Positions 31,583 to 40,807 of a stretch of 64,000 nt of DNA are shown here, one piece after another (position 1 is the first letter of the stretch; the number at the start of each line of letters is the position of its first letter). The DNA comes from an uncultured virus (IMG/VR IMGVR_UViG_3300032668_000011). Lineage: Duplodnaviria > Heunggongvirae > Uroviricota > Caudoviricetes. Under the pieces are notes generated by a model that saw only the letters and a list, made by a program, of their open reading frames with translations, did no database searches and was not told where the DNA came from. Both the position numbers and the translations under genes were made by a program. The stretch covers positions 1 to 64,000 of the IMG/VR virus record IMGVR_UViG_3300032668_000011. The stretch is one strand, 5' to 3'.

Positions 31583-31942
31583 ATGGCCGGAAGATTCACG
31601 CTCTCAACACCTTACGTATCAACCGCATGGAACATCACCGTGTCAACTTGGGACTACTCTCTCAACATGTACAACGGAAAAATCCGACACGTTGACATTC
31701 ACTGGTACTCTAGCGCCGGGGCCGTCGTTGGACCTCAGGTCGTCCCAGGAGGTCCCGTGTCGAGCGTTGCTGTTCCCAAAGGTACTGCTCAGGGCGTCAT
31801 TGCAGGAAAGATGTCAACTGTTGATACGCACATCGCAACGCTCATGGCAACTGCGGCGCTCGCGGGTGAAACGCCGATTCAAACCCTTGATAGGGCAGTC
31901 AAGACATACGCAATTGCACTGTACCCGGCCTTGACGTTCTAA
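31583..31942 (+). CDS. Small protein after tail fibre (possible fibre chaperone)
   Basis: Position only. Confidence 0.5.
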   Translation: MAGRFTLSTPYVSTAWNITVSTWDYSLNMYNGKIRHVDIHWYSSAGAVVGPQVVPGGPVSSVAVPKGTAQGVIAGKMSTVDTHIATLMATAALAGETPIQTLDRAVKTYAIALYPALTF

Positions 31943-32097
31943 CGTTCAACGGGAACGATCTGAAGCATGAGAGCTCGCCTCATGAGCTCCTCCTCCCACG
32001 CGATACGTTCATCCTCCGTGGGCCCAACCTTCTCAGGCGTTGCAGGTACCATGATGACATCATTCTCGTCACCCATAAGATCAATCATGATGAACAT
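31939..32097 (-). CDS. Small acidic protein (52 aa, below the ORF-track cutoff)
   Basis: MFIMIDLMGDENDV...VPVER; GAGAGG SD and ATACTTA motif upstream. Confidence 0.5.
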   Translation of the reverse strand: MFIMIDLMGDENDVIMVPATPEKVGPTEDERIAWEEELMRRALMLQIVPVER

Positions 32098-32168
32098 CTG
32101 ACACCTCTCGTATTAAGTATCCCGGACACCTGCAACTGTCACCCGACCGGCCTTGTCGGCCAAACCTA

Positions 32169-32207
32169 CGGCCCACGAGCGGCCCACGAAATAACTCGTG
32201 GGCCGCC
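32169..32207. terminator. GC-rich hairpin near the strand switch
   Basis: CGGCCCACGA duplicated, with inverted copy TCGTGGGCCG. Confidence 0.4.
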
Positions 32208-32215
32208 ATTATTGG

Positions 32216-33448
32216 CTACAAGGTCAGCCGCTCGATAATTGTGTCGAGTGACCCGGGTGACAGCTTGTTCTTCTCACAGTTGGATTTGAACCACTCTCGT
32301 GCGCTCTTGGCCTTGTTCTCCCACATGTTGAAGTACGGCGCCCCCCAATCACCCGAGAGGTTGACCAACGACGCGTAGTGCTTGCGTGAGCCGTCAGCCT
32401 CCTTGCGAAATTCCGCGACACGAGCGTCGATTTCCTTGCAGTACTTGCCGAACTCGTACTGCATGCGAAGCAACCGGTCGCCGACCTCCTTGGGAACGAG
32501 GGGCACGATGTCGTCGACCTTCTCTAGGATCACGCACTCTAGAGCGTTACGCACCGAGGACGTCACAGTGTCCTTCGAACGGTGTGCGAGCACGTACGTC
32601 TTGTTCTTGACCTTCATGCGTCGGAAGTGCGAATCACATGCGACAGCACCCTCGAGCTCTGAAGGTGACGCATTGTCGACGAACGCTGAGAGCGTGACTA
32701 CGTCCCTGATGGGCCACGTCTTGGGACGGCGTACCCACTGAAGCCTGACCTTCTCGATGGGCTCTTCTTTGCCCGTCGCGGTATGACGCACAGCGAGAAG
32801 GTACACACGAGGCTGAGGATAGACCACGACGACCTGGTTGTACGGGGAAACGAGCTCGAAGACGTACGTCAGTTCCTTGTTGAGATGGATGACATTGTCA
32901 ATCCCATGGACGGGCCATACAACCTTCTCCATCTCGAGTTCCTCACGAGTCTCGACGAGTGCGCGGAGGAACAGCTCTGCGAACGTCATGTTGCCAATCT
33001 CAAGATGATCCTTGACGATGGGCAGGTCCGCTTCTGGCACGGATCGCGTGCCGGCGTACCACCTGTCGTGCAGCGGGTCCCAGTACAAGATGATGCACGT
33101 GCCGTCGACCTTCTCATAGACGCGAAGTTCCTTGTCGGTCCAGTTGACGTCCGCAGCGTGCGTATCGCCGTAGTTGTAGAAGCGATTCATCGGCCATGCG
33201 AGGACCTCAACGTCTCCAACCGTGTGATCCTTCCACGAGTCATCGTTGCCCCGCACAGAGAAAGGTCTGGGCCGGATGACGAGCCCGCGGCACTGTTCTG
33301 AGATCGGATCTCCCGGTTTCGCATCGATCATGTCATAATTTAATGTGAATTTATCGAACATGACGTTCGGACGGGCGTTGACACCGTGCTCCTTCTCGAG
33401 TTCACGAAAGGTGTGATGACGCAGGTATTCCTTGACAAGCAGTTCCAT
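32216..33448 (-). CDS. RNA ligase, T4 Rnl1-like
   Basis: CRGL, RFYNYGD, YEKVDGT, FELVSPYN, EGAV, KVKN motifs; likely start MELLVK. Confidence 0.85.
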   Translation of the reverse strand: MELLVKEYLRHHTFRELEKEHGVNARPNVMFDKFTLNYDMIDAKPGDPISEQCRGLVIRPRPFSVRGNDDSWKDHTVGDVEVLAWPMNRFYNYGDTHAADVNWTDKELRVYEKVDGTCIILYWDPLHDRWYAGTRSVPEADLPIVKDHLEIGNMTFAELFLRALVETREELEMEKVVWPVHGIDNVIHLNKELTYVFELVSPYNQVVVVYPQPRVYLLAVRHTATGKEEPIEKVRLQWVRRPKTWPIRDVVTLSAFVDNASPSELEGAVACDSHFRRMKVKNKTYVLAHRSKDTVTSSVRNALECVILEKVDDIVPLVPKEVGDRLLRMQYEFGKYCKEIDARVAEFRKEADGSRKHYASLVNLSGDWGAPYFNMWENKAKSAREWFKSNCEKNKLSPGSLDTIIERLTL

Positions 33449-33511
33449 GATCCTATCATAACACACCATGGCCTCTTGATACACTTGTTCTTGACCGGTT
33501 AGAATTCTAGC

Positions 33512-34087
33512 ATGGGATCATCGACGAGGCTCCTGAGGGAGTTAATCAGCGAGATCGTCCTCGAAGAACCGGGTATTCGTAGATTGCGCGTGTTCGACTT
33601 TGACGATACGCTCGTTAGGACGGACGCAATGGTGCATGTCACTGACGCAAACGGCATCACGCATCATCTCACGTCACACGAGTATGCATTTTACGAGAGG
33701 AAGGAGGGTGATACGCTCGACTATTGCGACTTCGAGCGGTTGATCAACCCTCGTCCGATCAGGTGGACGAACAAGGTGCTTCGCACAGTGCATGAGAAGT
33801 ACGGACCGAGCGGCGTAGCAGTCATGTCAGCGCGTGGCAACGGTGAGCCTATCAGGCAATTCCTCTCTAACATCGGCTACAATGAGATTGAGATCATTGC
33901 AATCGGCAACTCGGATCCGCAGCTGAAGGCAAAGTGGATCGACGAGAGGATAGTGCGCGATGGCCTGGACCTCGTGGAGTTCTTTGATGACTCTCACCGG
34001 TACAACGTAGCAGTCAACTGCCTGAGGCACAAGCACCCGAACGTGAGAATCATCACGCACGAGGTGACGAACACGTACTGGCGCTAG
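33512..34087 (+). CDS. HAD-family phosphatase (possible RNA end-healing enzyme)
   Basis: FDFDDTL motif I, MSARG, K, FFDDS; divergent from Rnl1. Confidence 0.75.
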   Translation: MGSSTRLLRELISEIVLEEPGIRRLRVFDFDDTLVRTDAMVHVTDANGITHHLTSHEYAFYERKEGDTLDYCDFERLINPRPIRWTNKVLRTVHEKYGPSGVAVMSARGNGEPIRQFLSNIGYNEIEIIAIGNSDPQLKAKWIDERIVRDGLDLVEFFDDSHRYNVAVNCLRHKHPNVRIITHEVTNTYWR

Positions 34088-34521
34088 GGCTCGTCGGGTT
34101 CCTCATCGTCCATGTCATCCTTCACCGTTTCGAAATCAATTTTCGATTCTTCCTCGGTGATCGGCACAATCTCAATGTCAGCGTCAGAGAAGCTCTTCAA
34201 CGGAAGGAGACCTGAGTTGACCCAGCCACCGTGTACAGTGACAACGAGTCCGGCTGCGTTCCTTGATGGCATTGCCTTGCCAATCCTCACGACGTCAAGC
34301 CTGTGAAAACGATCCTTGTCCTCGAACGCATACTCGAACCCCAACAGTTCGACCTCCATGAAACCTCCGGGCTCGAGCAAAAGCTCCTCAAGGTCAGGCA
34401 TGACCACTTGCTCATCTGCCTCGAGCGACTTCAACCAGACGTACAGCGATTCAGAGTTCGAGAACATGTAGATCTTCTTACCTGAAGATCCGGGCTTGAG
34501 TGTGACACGTACTTTTTTCAT
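34084..34521 (-). CDS. Hypothetical acidic protein
   Basis: AGGAG SD; 145-aa ORF. Confidence 0.6.
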   Translation of the reverse strand: MKKVRVTLKPGSSGKKIYMFSNSESLYVWLKSLEADEQVVMPDLEELLLEPGGFMEVELLGFEYAFEDKDRFHRLDVVRIGKAMPSRNAAGLVVTVHGGWVNSGLLPLKSFSDADIEIVPITEEESKIDFETVKDDMDDEEPDEP

Positions 34522-34590
34522 TGGCTCCTGTCACGATAGTACGGAGCACGTGCAGATTTGTTCGTCTGCTCACTCGGAGTTGAACTCATT

Positions 34591-34682
34591 TGGTGGACCG
34601 CCAGGGAGTCGAACCCTGCAGTTATGCCGTATCAGAGCGTCGCGGAGGTATAAAACCCGCCCGGGCAACCGACCCGCGGTCC
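34591..34682 (-). ncRNA. Atypical tRNA-like RNA (UAU/UUA-containing loop, long variable region, CCA end)
   Basis: GGACCGC/GCGGTCC-ACCA acceptor, CAGGG-TTCGACT-CCCTG T-arm, aberrant D-arm. Confidence 0.75.
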
Positions 34683-34702
34683 AAGAATGGGAACCGCAGT
34701 CC

Positions 34703-35326
34703 TCATATGAGTGCGTTGAACAGGTCCTTGTTGTCACCACAGTAGGCACCGAGCTTGTCGAGCCAGGCTTTCGACTTCTGTTTGAACATGATGGGCATCT
34801 TCGTCTTCTTGTCGTTCGACGCCTTGCAGACAACACCCTCGAACGTCATGCCGATGATCGTACCGGTACGCACGTTCTCAATGAACTGCGGCGTGACCTG
34901 CCCTGTGTATAGAGCCCGAGCATGATCGATTCCCGCTCTTTCGACAAGGTTCAAGTACGCACCGGGCATCATGATTCCCTGATTGAAAGGCGCGATATCG
35001 AAGAGCGTGACGGTGATGTCATCAGTCGGGTCATGCATCCCTGCAAATGACCTAGGTCCCCACATCTCGAAGAAGCACATGGCACGGTCATATCTTGCAT
35101 CTTTGAGTGCCTTTGCTAAGGAATCGCCGTACTTGTTCAGTACGAGCTCAGGAGCGCGCCCGAACATAGGATCCGTGGCATCTACGAGGCGATGACGTGT
35201 GCCAAACTTGTGCCAACCCTTCTTGCTCGTCCACTCGGCTCGGATGTTGCTTCCGTCGAGCTTGTCGAACGCGATGATGGGCATGTGACACTCTGACGCA
35301 TATGCGATCGACGGATACGTTTTCAC
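34703..35326 (-). CDS. Compact RNA ligase (nucleotidyltransferase)
   Basis: KTYPSI start (GTG with GGAG SD), FDKLDGSN, FFE, LFDI, FEGVV, FKQK. Confidence 0.8.
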   Translation of the reverse strand: MKTYPSIAYASECHMPIIAFDKLDGSNIRAEWTSKKGWHKFGTRHRLVDATDPMFGRAPELVLNKYGDSLAKALKDARYDRAMCFFEMWGPRSFAGMHDPTDDITVTLFDIAPFNQGIMMPGAYLNLVERAGIDHARALYTGQVTPQFIENVRTGTIIGMTFEGVVCKASNDKKTKMPIMFKQKSKAWLDKLGAYCGDNKDLFNALI

Positions 35327-35491
35327 AAGGCTCTCCGGATCTCTTCGTTCGTCAAATTCATTGTCTAGACGTGTGTCACGTCGCCTGTAATGCTCTTTCA
35401 ACTTGCGTTCCTTCATTCAAACTACTTCCTGAAGATGAAACTCCTCTCTTCAGGATAGCACTGTACCACATTACGTTGCAGGTGTTCATTG

Positions 35492-35563
35492 AGCGACCGA
35501 CGGGGTTCGGACCCGTGACCTCCTGGATGGGAACCAGACGCGTTGCCACTACGCTACGGTCGC
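35492..35563 (-). tRNA. tRNA-Gly(CCC)
   Basis: Cloverleaf, loop TTCCCAT, U73; T-loop variant TCCGAAC. Confidence 0.85.
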
Positions 35564-35628
35564 AAAAACGATCTTCACCTTCTGCCTAGTTTGGATTTTG
35601 AGTGGGCCGATGGTCATCCCACAAAGGG

Positions 35629-36042
35629 TTACTGATCGTTGGGAAAGACAAGATAATCAGAAGCATAATTCGTTGTGTTGAAATACTTTGTAGACTTCTC
35701 AAATCTAACACTCATTCCTCGAGTGTACTCTGTCAGTTTCTTCAACGTAACGTACAAAACCACGTTTCGATCGGTTACGTAAAGAGCCATCACATCAAAC
35801 TCATCACCAATGTATGGTCGAGTGTGATCGTGTTGCTTACACGCTTCGAAAACAACAAGCTCATTCTTAGACGTTGAAGTCTTGACTTGAATTCTCGTGA
35901 ATTTCGAGTTTTTGTATGCAACGAGATCAATCTCGGATGAACCGGTGACCTCTTTAAAAACATCATATTCAAGACCGAGGAGCTGTTGTGTCACAGCTAG
36001 TTCACCAATCGTTCCTTTACGTGAAGTAGGTGAGGCACTCAT
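35629..36042 (-). CDS. PD-(D/E)XK endonuclease (group I intron-associated type)
   Basis: KGTIGE..IDLV..RIQVKT..FD; AT-rich. Confidence 0.8.
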   Translation of the reverse strand: MSASPTSRKGTIGELAVTQQLLGLEYDVFKEVTGSSEIDLVAYKNSKFTRIQVKTSTSKNELVVFEACKQHDHTRPYIGDEFDVMALYVTDRNVVLYVTLKKLTEYTRGMSVRFEKSTKYFNTTNYASDYLVFPNDQ

Positions 36043-36043
36043 C

Positions 36044-36125
36044 TGGAGCGGGTGGTGGGATTCGAACCCACGATGCTTTCGCGCCTGCTTGGAAGGCAGG
36101 TGATCTACCACTGACCGACACCCGC
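36044..36125 (-). tRNA. tRNA-Gly(TCC) with extended variable arm
   Basis: Loop CTTCCAA, V-arm GC-GAAA-GC, U73-CCA. Confidence 0.85.
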
Positions 36126-36147
36126 GTGTCTTTTCATAATTACTCTA

Positions 36148-37026
36148 CTACGCTGCGATGTCTCCGTTCAACCCTATCGAGATTCGCAGGTACCTCGTCA
36201 ATATGTCAGTCTGGTCCTCGAGCACCGCTCGTTGGTGTGAGAATGCGAAGTGTGACACCAGTGCATTGCCGACGAGGTACAAGGGCCGTTTTAGTGCTCT
36301 CGGAATGCCCTTGGTCAAATCACTTTCATCCCTAGGACCGACTCTACCTCCAAACAGGGCAAAATTCTCTCCTGCCCATGCCATGACGCCGATGCGCTGG
36401 TGTTGAATCGGAAGTTCCGCGTTGACGAAGTACAGAGATTTTACGTTCCCGGCGTTGAGAATGTCGAGGAATTGTCTGTGAATGTATGCTGCGAACTCAC
36501 CGTTTGTGCATGCGTACGGGCACCTCGGGTCACCTGTGCAGTGTCCTAGCACATCACCGATGACGCCTTCATCCTGAAGGATCTTGGTGATATGCGGGAT
36601 GTTGAAGACGTTCGTGACGCATGCGAAGTTCGTGGGCGCTCGTTCGATGACAACCGGCATGAGGTTCTCGAAGAACTCGTCGTGTACGTAGCAGATGTCA
36701 TCGTCCATCTTCACGTAGATCGTGTTCGGAGCGACGCACGCTGCGTAGAAAAGGTGGATCGAACTGCTGTACTGGAAGTGCTTTCGCCTGGCGTCGTAGA
36801 GTTCCTTCTTGAGGGGGCCCGGCGAGAAGATGCGCTTGACCTTCGGGAACGTCGCCTCGAGTCGTTCGAAGTACGCTAGGTCAGCGGGTTCGTCCGTGTT
36901 CACCCAGAGTTGAATCTCATCGATGATGCTAGCGAAGCGATCAGCAAGCAAGTACGGGAGAAGGATACGCATGTAGCGGTATCGTCCCGATGGGATACAG
37001 ATGACGACTCTTTTGTCCTGAAACAT
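36148..37026 (-). CDS. Glycosyltransferase-like (GT-A) protein
   Basis: VICIPSGR, YVKMDDDI DxD motif, HFAF. Confidence 0.65.
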   Translation of the reverse strand: MFQDKRVVICIPSGRYRYMRILLPYLLADRFASIIDEIQLWVNTDEPADLAYFERLEATFPKVKRIFSPGPLKKELYDARRKHFQYSSSIHLFYAACVAPNTIYVKMDDDICYVHDEFFENLMPVVIERAPTNFACVTNVFNIPHITKILQDEGVIGDVLGHCTGDPRCPYACTNGEFAAYIHRQFLDILNAGNVKSLYFVNAELPIQHQRIGVMAWAGENFALFGGRVGPRDESDLTKGIPRALKRPLYLVGNALVSHFAFSHQRAVLEDQTDILTRYLRISIGLNGDIAA

Positions 37027-37045
37027 GTCTAGACCTTGAACAATC

Positions 37046-37234
37046 CTATCTCATCGAGAGATGACCGCGTTCAGGCACCATGAACGTGATGACGTCGCCG
37101 CACGCCGGACATTCATGTTCATAGACACCTGGTGTGAACACCATCATGCTTGGAGGATTGTGTTCTGGGTGTTTGCAAACAGGGCGGCGTTTGTAAGCGC
37201 TGGCAGCGTTGTCATCAATTCTTCGAGTAGGCAT
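37046..37234 (-). CDS. Small zinc-ribbon protein
   Basis: CKHPEH..CPACG; GGAG SD. Confidence 0.55.
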   Translation of the reverse strand: MPTRRIDDNAASAYKRRPVCKHPEHNPPSMMVFTPGVYEHECPACGDVITFMVPERGHLSMR

Positions 37235-37244
37235 GTATTCTCCG

Positions 37245-37331
37245 AGGAAGGTGAGGGATTCGAACCCCCGGGACCCGTTAGGGTCCTTCCGCTTTCAAGG
37301 CGGACGCAATAGGCCTCTCTACCAACCTTCC
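37245..37331 (-). tRNA. tRNA-Ser(TGA)
   Basis: Loop CTTGAAA, long V-arm. Confidence 0.9.
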
Positions 37332-37763
37332 AAATGTCAGTTTCTTACTGCGGTACGTCGGTGTTTGTGAGTGACAATTGGGACACAATAGTTTCAAGTT
37401 GTTCAAGATGTGATTCGTTGAACATCCATCAATGTGATCAAGCTCAAGTGAGATTGGTTCTCCATTCCATGTGTCAATTTGACACTTTTCGCATTTGTAT
37501 TCTTTCAGACCTTCTTTGACTAGTCTCTTTGAGAGATGCGCTGTTGGGTATCCTGGGTATTTTCCTTCAAGAATCTCATTGAGAGGTGTTATTGCGCTTG
37601 ATCGATTACGAATTTGTCGATAAAGACCGCAATCTCTCGCAATTCGTTCGAACGTTCGTTGACACACGCCACTTTTCGCAGCAGCTTCACGAAGATTTCT
37701 ACTTGTTTCAAACAGATGAGAAATTTCCTCTCGAGTAAGCGCTGCATTATTTCCCACGTTCAA
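37278..37763 (-). CDS. HNH homing endonuclease
   Basis: CEKC..LELDHIDG..NLKLLCPNCHSQT; C-terminus reads into tRNA-Ser. Confidence 0.85.
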   Translation of the reverse strand: MNVGNNAALTREEISHLFETSRNLREAAAKSGVCQRTFERIARDCGLYRQIRNRSSAITPLNEILEGKYPGYPTAHLSKRLVKEGLKEYKCEKCQIDTWNGEPISLELDHIDGCSTNHILNNLKLLCPNCHSQTPTYRSKKLTFGRLVERPIASALKAEGP

Positions 37764-37792
37764 TCATATACTATGATGCATGAGATTGCACC

Positions 37793-38011
37793 TCAGGGAA
37801 TTCTGTCGGTTGACCACTGGACAGTGATCGCAACGTTGCCGACAGCATCGGTGTGAGGACGTATCCCAACATGATCGTGATGACAGTGCAATTTTTCTCC
37901 TTTGCACGCATCGGGAGGCGTCCTGTAGACGCTCCCTGTGTCCCACCACATGTTTGCTGTCGCGCAAGATGTGCAAAGCATCATCATGACGATCAGGAAC
38001 CATCTCTTCAT
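37793..38011 (-). CDS. Small putative lipoprotein
   Basis: Signal peptide with CTSC; GAGG SD. Confidence 0.5.
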   Translation of the reverse strand: MKRWFLIVMMMLCTSCATANMWWDTGSVYRTPPDACKGEKLHCHHDHVGIRPHTDAVGNVAITVQWSTDRIP

Positions 38012-38023
38012 CCTGATACATAT

Positions 38024-38212
38024 TCACCTCTTTTCCTCCTTGAGGGCATACAGTTCAGGGTGTTTGAGCGTGATGTGATTGACGTAGCAATTCACACAGA
38101 TGATCGCCGGACACAGTTGGCAGACCCACGCTTCGCCACCGAAAGGATTGTCTCGGGAGGGTCGTTCATGCTGCTCAACCTGGCTTGAGCATGATGGACA
38201 TTTCATGTACAT
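38024..38212 (-). CDS. Small zinc-finger protein
   Basis: CxxC..CxxC..CxxC..H..H. Confidence 0.55.
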   Translation of the reverse strand: MYMKCPSCSSQVEQHERPSRDNPFGGEAWVCQLCPAIICVNCYVNHITLKHPELYALKEEKR

Positions 38213-38214
38213 TG

Positions 38215-38298
38215 CGGAATCGGCAGGACTCGAACCTGCAAGACCTTGCGGCTCACGGGTTTAGCAAACCCGCTGTTTAACCATTCACACACGATTCC
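38215..38298 (-). tRNA. tRNA-Ser(GCT)
   Basis: Loop TTGCTAA, long V-arm, G73. Confidence 0.9.
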
Positions 38299-38322
38299 AT
38301 GTCCCGTACGTGGGACCGACGT

Positions 38323-38520
38323 TCACCAGCAGCTGAACCCGTTTCCAGGGATACCATTGCAGTAGCAGATCACGCCTGTCGGCCCGGGCGGGATGACGCA
38401 CCGACGCATTCCATTCGTGTCGCAGCAGTATGTCACGGGCTGAGCCTCAACTGGTGAAGATTGAACGCCGATGATTGCGAGTGACATGATGACGAGCAAG
38501 GTAGTGATGATCTTTTTCAT
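38323..38520 (-). CDS. Small secreted Cys-rich peptide
   Basis: MKKII signal peptide, VEA cleavage site, 6 Cys. Confidence 0.6.
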   Translation of the reverse strand: MKKIITTLLVIMSLAIIGVQSSPVEAQPVTYCCDTNGMRRCVIPPGPTGVICYCNGIPGNGFSCW

Positions 38521-38554
38521 GATCAGACATATTACTACGTCAGATGTCACTTGT

Positions 38555-38920
38555 TCAATCAGCCTTTAGACTACCCACGACCCTGTTGATCTCCTGGATA
38601 GAGCACGGTCCGAACGCTGCACAGGTCGGCTCGTCCTCTTCATCGAGAAAAGGGTGCACCTCAACGTCAGCGAGCTGGGCGCGGAAGATTAGGTCCTCCA
38701 ATGCTCCGAGCGATTCAACGCTCATGATGACGGGAGCGAAGGAACCTGACAACCACGTTGCCTCCGCGGGGGTCAACCTGATGTGGACCTCGTCCCCTCG
38801 TTCTGCCTCGTTATTGTCAACAAGGAACATCATTGACGCATGCGCAATCTGAGCGGCCTGCTCGTTCTTGTGCATGTTCAGATCACGTCTTACCACGATG
38901 ACTTGCTTCACGTCGTCCAT
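38555..38920 (-). CDS. Peptidyl-tRNA hydrolase 2-like protein (degenerate active site)
   Basis: KQVIVVRRDL.M....AAQIAHAS...TCAAFGP. Confidence 0.8.
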   Translation of the reverse strand: MDDVKQVIVVRRDLNMHKNEQAAQIAHASMMFLVDNNEAERGDEVHIRLTPAEATWLSGSFAPVIMSVESLGALEDLIFRAQLADVEVHPFLDEEDEPTCAAFGPCSIQEINRVVGSLKAD

Positions 38921-38980
38921 GGTTTCCTCCGCTTTTCAAAGATCGTACTACGACACCGGCATCCGAGGATGTTGATGTTG

Positions 38981-39052
38981 TGATCCCAGTCGGGTTCGAA
39001 CCGACGTCCTCCACCGTGTCAGGGTGGCGCGCTACCGCTGTGCCATGGGATC
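38981..39052 (-). tRNA. tRNA-Val(GAC)
   Basis: Loop CTGACAC. Confidence 0.9.
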
Positions 39053-39115
39053 GTAAAGGAGCATGCGAGTGCATGGTGCCTGCTCCTCTAAGTAGGAAGT
39101 TCGTCCGTCAGTGCG

Positions 39116-39454
39116 TCACTTTCCCGGACGTTTCTGCTGAGAACGCTCTCGGCGCTCCTTCGCGCGCATTCGCTTCTCGGGCTCAGCAGACGCGACGGGC
39201 GCGGTCGGTGCTCCTACAGCCTCGACCACCTTCTTCGCGTCCTCAATCTTCGCAAGGATGCGAGCTCGCTGCTTCGCAGCACCGACGCCCTTTCCCAATC
39301 GAGAATCGAGCGCATCCAGCTGTGCCTGAGGCGACAAGCCCGTCCAGTGCTTCAGACGCTCGGTGCCCTCTTCCTGCTGGATCTTCCTGTGGTCGGGTCG
39401 GGGTCCACCACCTGTGAACCTGCGATCAGTGTTCGTCCTCTTTGCTTGTCCCAT
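39116..39454 (-). CDS. Basic hypothetical protein
   Basis: Start MGQAKR with AGGTGA SD. Confidence 0.6.
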   Translation of the reverse strand: MGQAKRTNTDRRFTGGGPRPDHRKIQQEEGTERLKHWTGLSPQAQLDALDSRLGKGVGAAKQRARILAKIEDAKKVVEAVGAPTAPVASAEPEKRMRAKERRERSQQKRPGK

Positions 39455-39509
39455 CGTCTTCACCTGGTCCTTTCGTTCCATCAGACACACGGTGACCATC
39501 ACCGTGCAG

Positions 39510-39584
39510 CACCCTCGGCAGGATTCGAACCTGCGTTACTACAGCTTAGAAGGCTGCGGCCTAATCCGTTCGAGCCACGAGGGC
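39510..39584 (-). tRNA. tRNA-Arg(TCT)
   Basis: Loop CTTCTAA. Confidence 0.9.
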
Positions 39585-39588
39585 ATTG

Positions 39589-39662
39589 TCTTCACGGCAG
39601 GATTCGAACCCGCGACCTCTCGCTTCGGAGGCGAGTGTTCTGTTCCGCTGAACTACATGAAG
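39589..39662 (-). tRNA. tRNA-Arg(CCG)
   Basis: Loop CTCCGAA. Confidence 0.9.
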
Positions 39663-39666
39663 ATTG

Positions 39667-39741
39667 TCTCCTCGGAGGGATTCGAACCCCCGACACCCGG
39701 TTTAGGAAACCGGAGTTCTATCCTGGCTGAACTACGAGGAG
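39667..39741 (-). tRNA. tRNA-Arg(CCT)
   Basis: Loop TTCCTAA. Confidence 0.9.
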
Positions 39742-39834
39742 ATGAGAAAGCACTTTCACCTGCCGCCGATCCCTACGTGAGACAGCTCACGATCCGTGAA
39801 CGGGACAAATTATGCTGCGGTTACTCATGCTATG

Positions 39835-39917
39835 TGCCAACGGAGGGAGTTGCACCCTCACGCTCTTTCGAACGGCGGATTCTGAGTCCGCTGTGACTGC
39901 TGTTCCACCACGTTGGC
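39835..39917 (-). tRNA. tRNA-Leu(CAG)
   Basis: Loop CTCAGAA, V-arm, T-loop TGCAACT. Confidence 0.85.
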
Positions 39918-39918
39918 A

Positions 39919-40335
39919 TTACGTGACCTTCTTGACCCTGCTGACCCACCACCTTCGAGCGAACCTTGAGACGAGATACGCTTCCGCGAGCCGCTTCGAT
40001 CGCCACACCCTCTGTGCAAGAGCGCTGGGTGAGTACGATGACGTGACAGTGTATCCTTTCCTGAGACCGTATGCGATCGCTTCAGAATACAAGGCGAGTC
40101 CCAATCCTTTTCCTCTGTGCCCCTGATCGAGGTTTGAGTGCGTCTCGTACACCCTGACGGGATGACCCGCACAGTTTGCTGATGCTTCGACTACATTGAC
40201 ACTTCCGATCTCCTTGCCGTTGAACTTTAGCTTCACGGTGTAGTCAGTGAAGTTTTCCTTAGGAGTGACGCTGATTGCGTATCCGGCCGGCAGCTGCATG
40301 AGACCAACATACCACGTCGGTCTACGGATTTGCAC
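39919..40335 (-). CDS. GNAT-family acetyltransferase-like protein
   Basis: HRGKGLGLALY motif A; S..AQRVW. Confidence 0.7.
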   Translation of the reverse strand: MQIRRPTWYVGLMQLPAGYAISVTPKENFTDYTVKLKFNGKEIGSVNVVEASANCAGHPVRVYETHSNLDQGHRGKGLGLALYSEAIAYGLRKGYTVTSSYSPSALAQRVWRSKRLAEAYLVSRFARRWWVSRVKKVT

Positions 40336-40807
40336 TCTCTTCTTCGCTCCGACATTCCTCCCTAATTTCCATTAGAAGTCGCCCGAGCCAGTTCTGACCT
40401 ACACCTTTGTAAACGCCCCAGAACTTGTCACCCCACGTGTTACCCTCGACCAACGGGATATCTTCTGTCGCAAGTAACATTGACCTAAGAAGGGGGTTCT
40501 TGAATTTTTCCTGCAGCAGATTCCGCATCACTGTCACCTTCTGTAGGTCCCAGTCAGTGGGTAGCTTGACAGAGTAACCGAGCTTTTTTGCAATGCCCGG
40601 TGACGCTGCTTCGCGGATCATCTTCTTCGTCACCGGGTCGGATGACTTCGCCGCCTGGTACGCATGCTCCACTGTTGGGTAACGATCACCGTCGACCCAA
40701 ATTGATGCTGCGTAGAAATTGCTCAAGAACCCAAACTCACCTCTGAAGTGATCGATTTCTACGGGTTTCTCTGACGGAAGCTGCGGTTGGCGTGTTTCGT
40801 CGCTCAT
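40322..40807 (-). CDS. NADAR (YbiA-like) protein
   Basis: FLSNFY, YPTVEHAYQAAK, LVEGNTWGDKFWG, GQNWLGRLLM. Confidence 0.9.
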   Translation of the reverse strand: MSDETRQPQLPSEKPVEIDHFRGEFGFLSNFYAASIWVDGDRYPTVEHAYQAAKSSDPVTKKMIREAASPGIAKKLGYSVKLPTDWDLQKVTVMRNLLQEKFKNPLLRSMLLATEDIPLVEGNTWGDKFWGVYKGVGQNWLGRLLMEIREECRSEEESANP

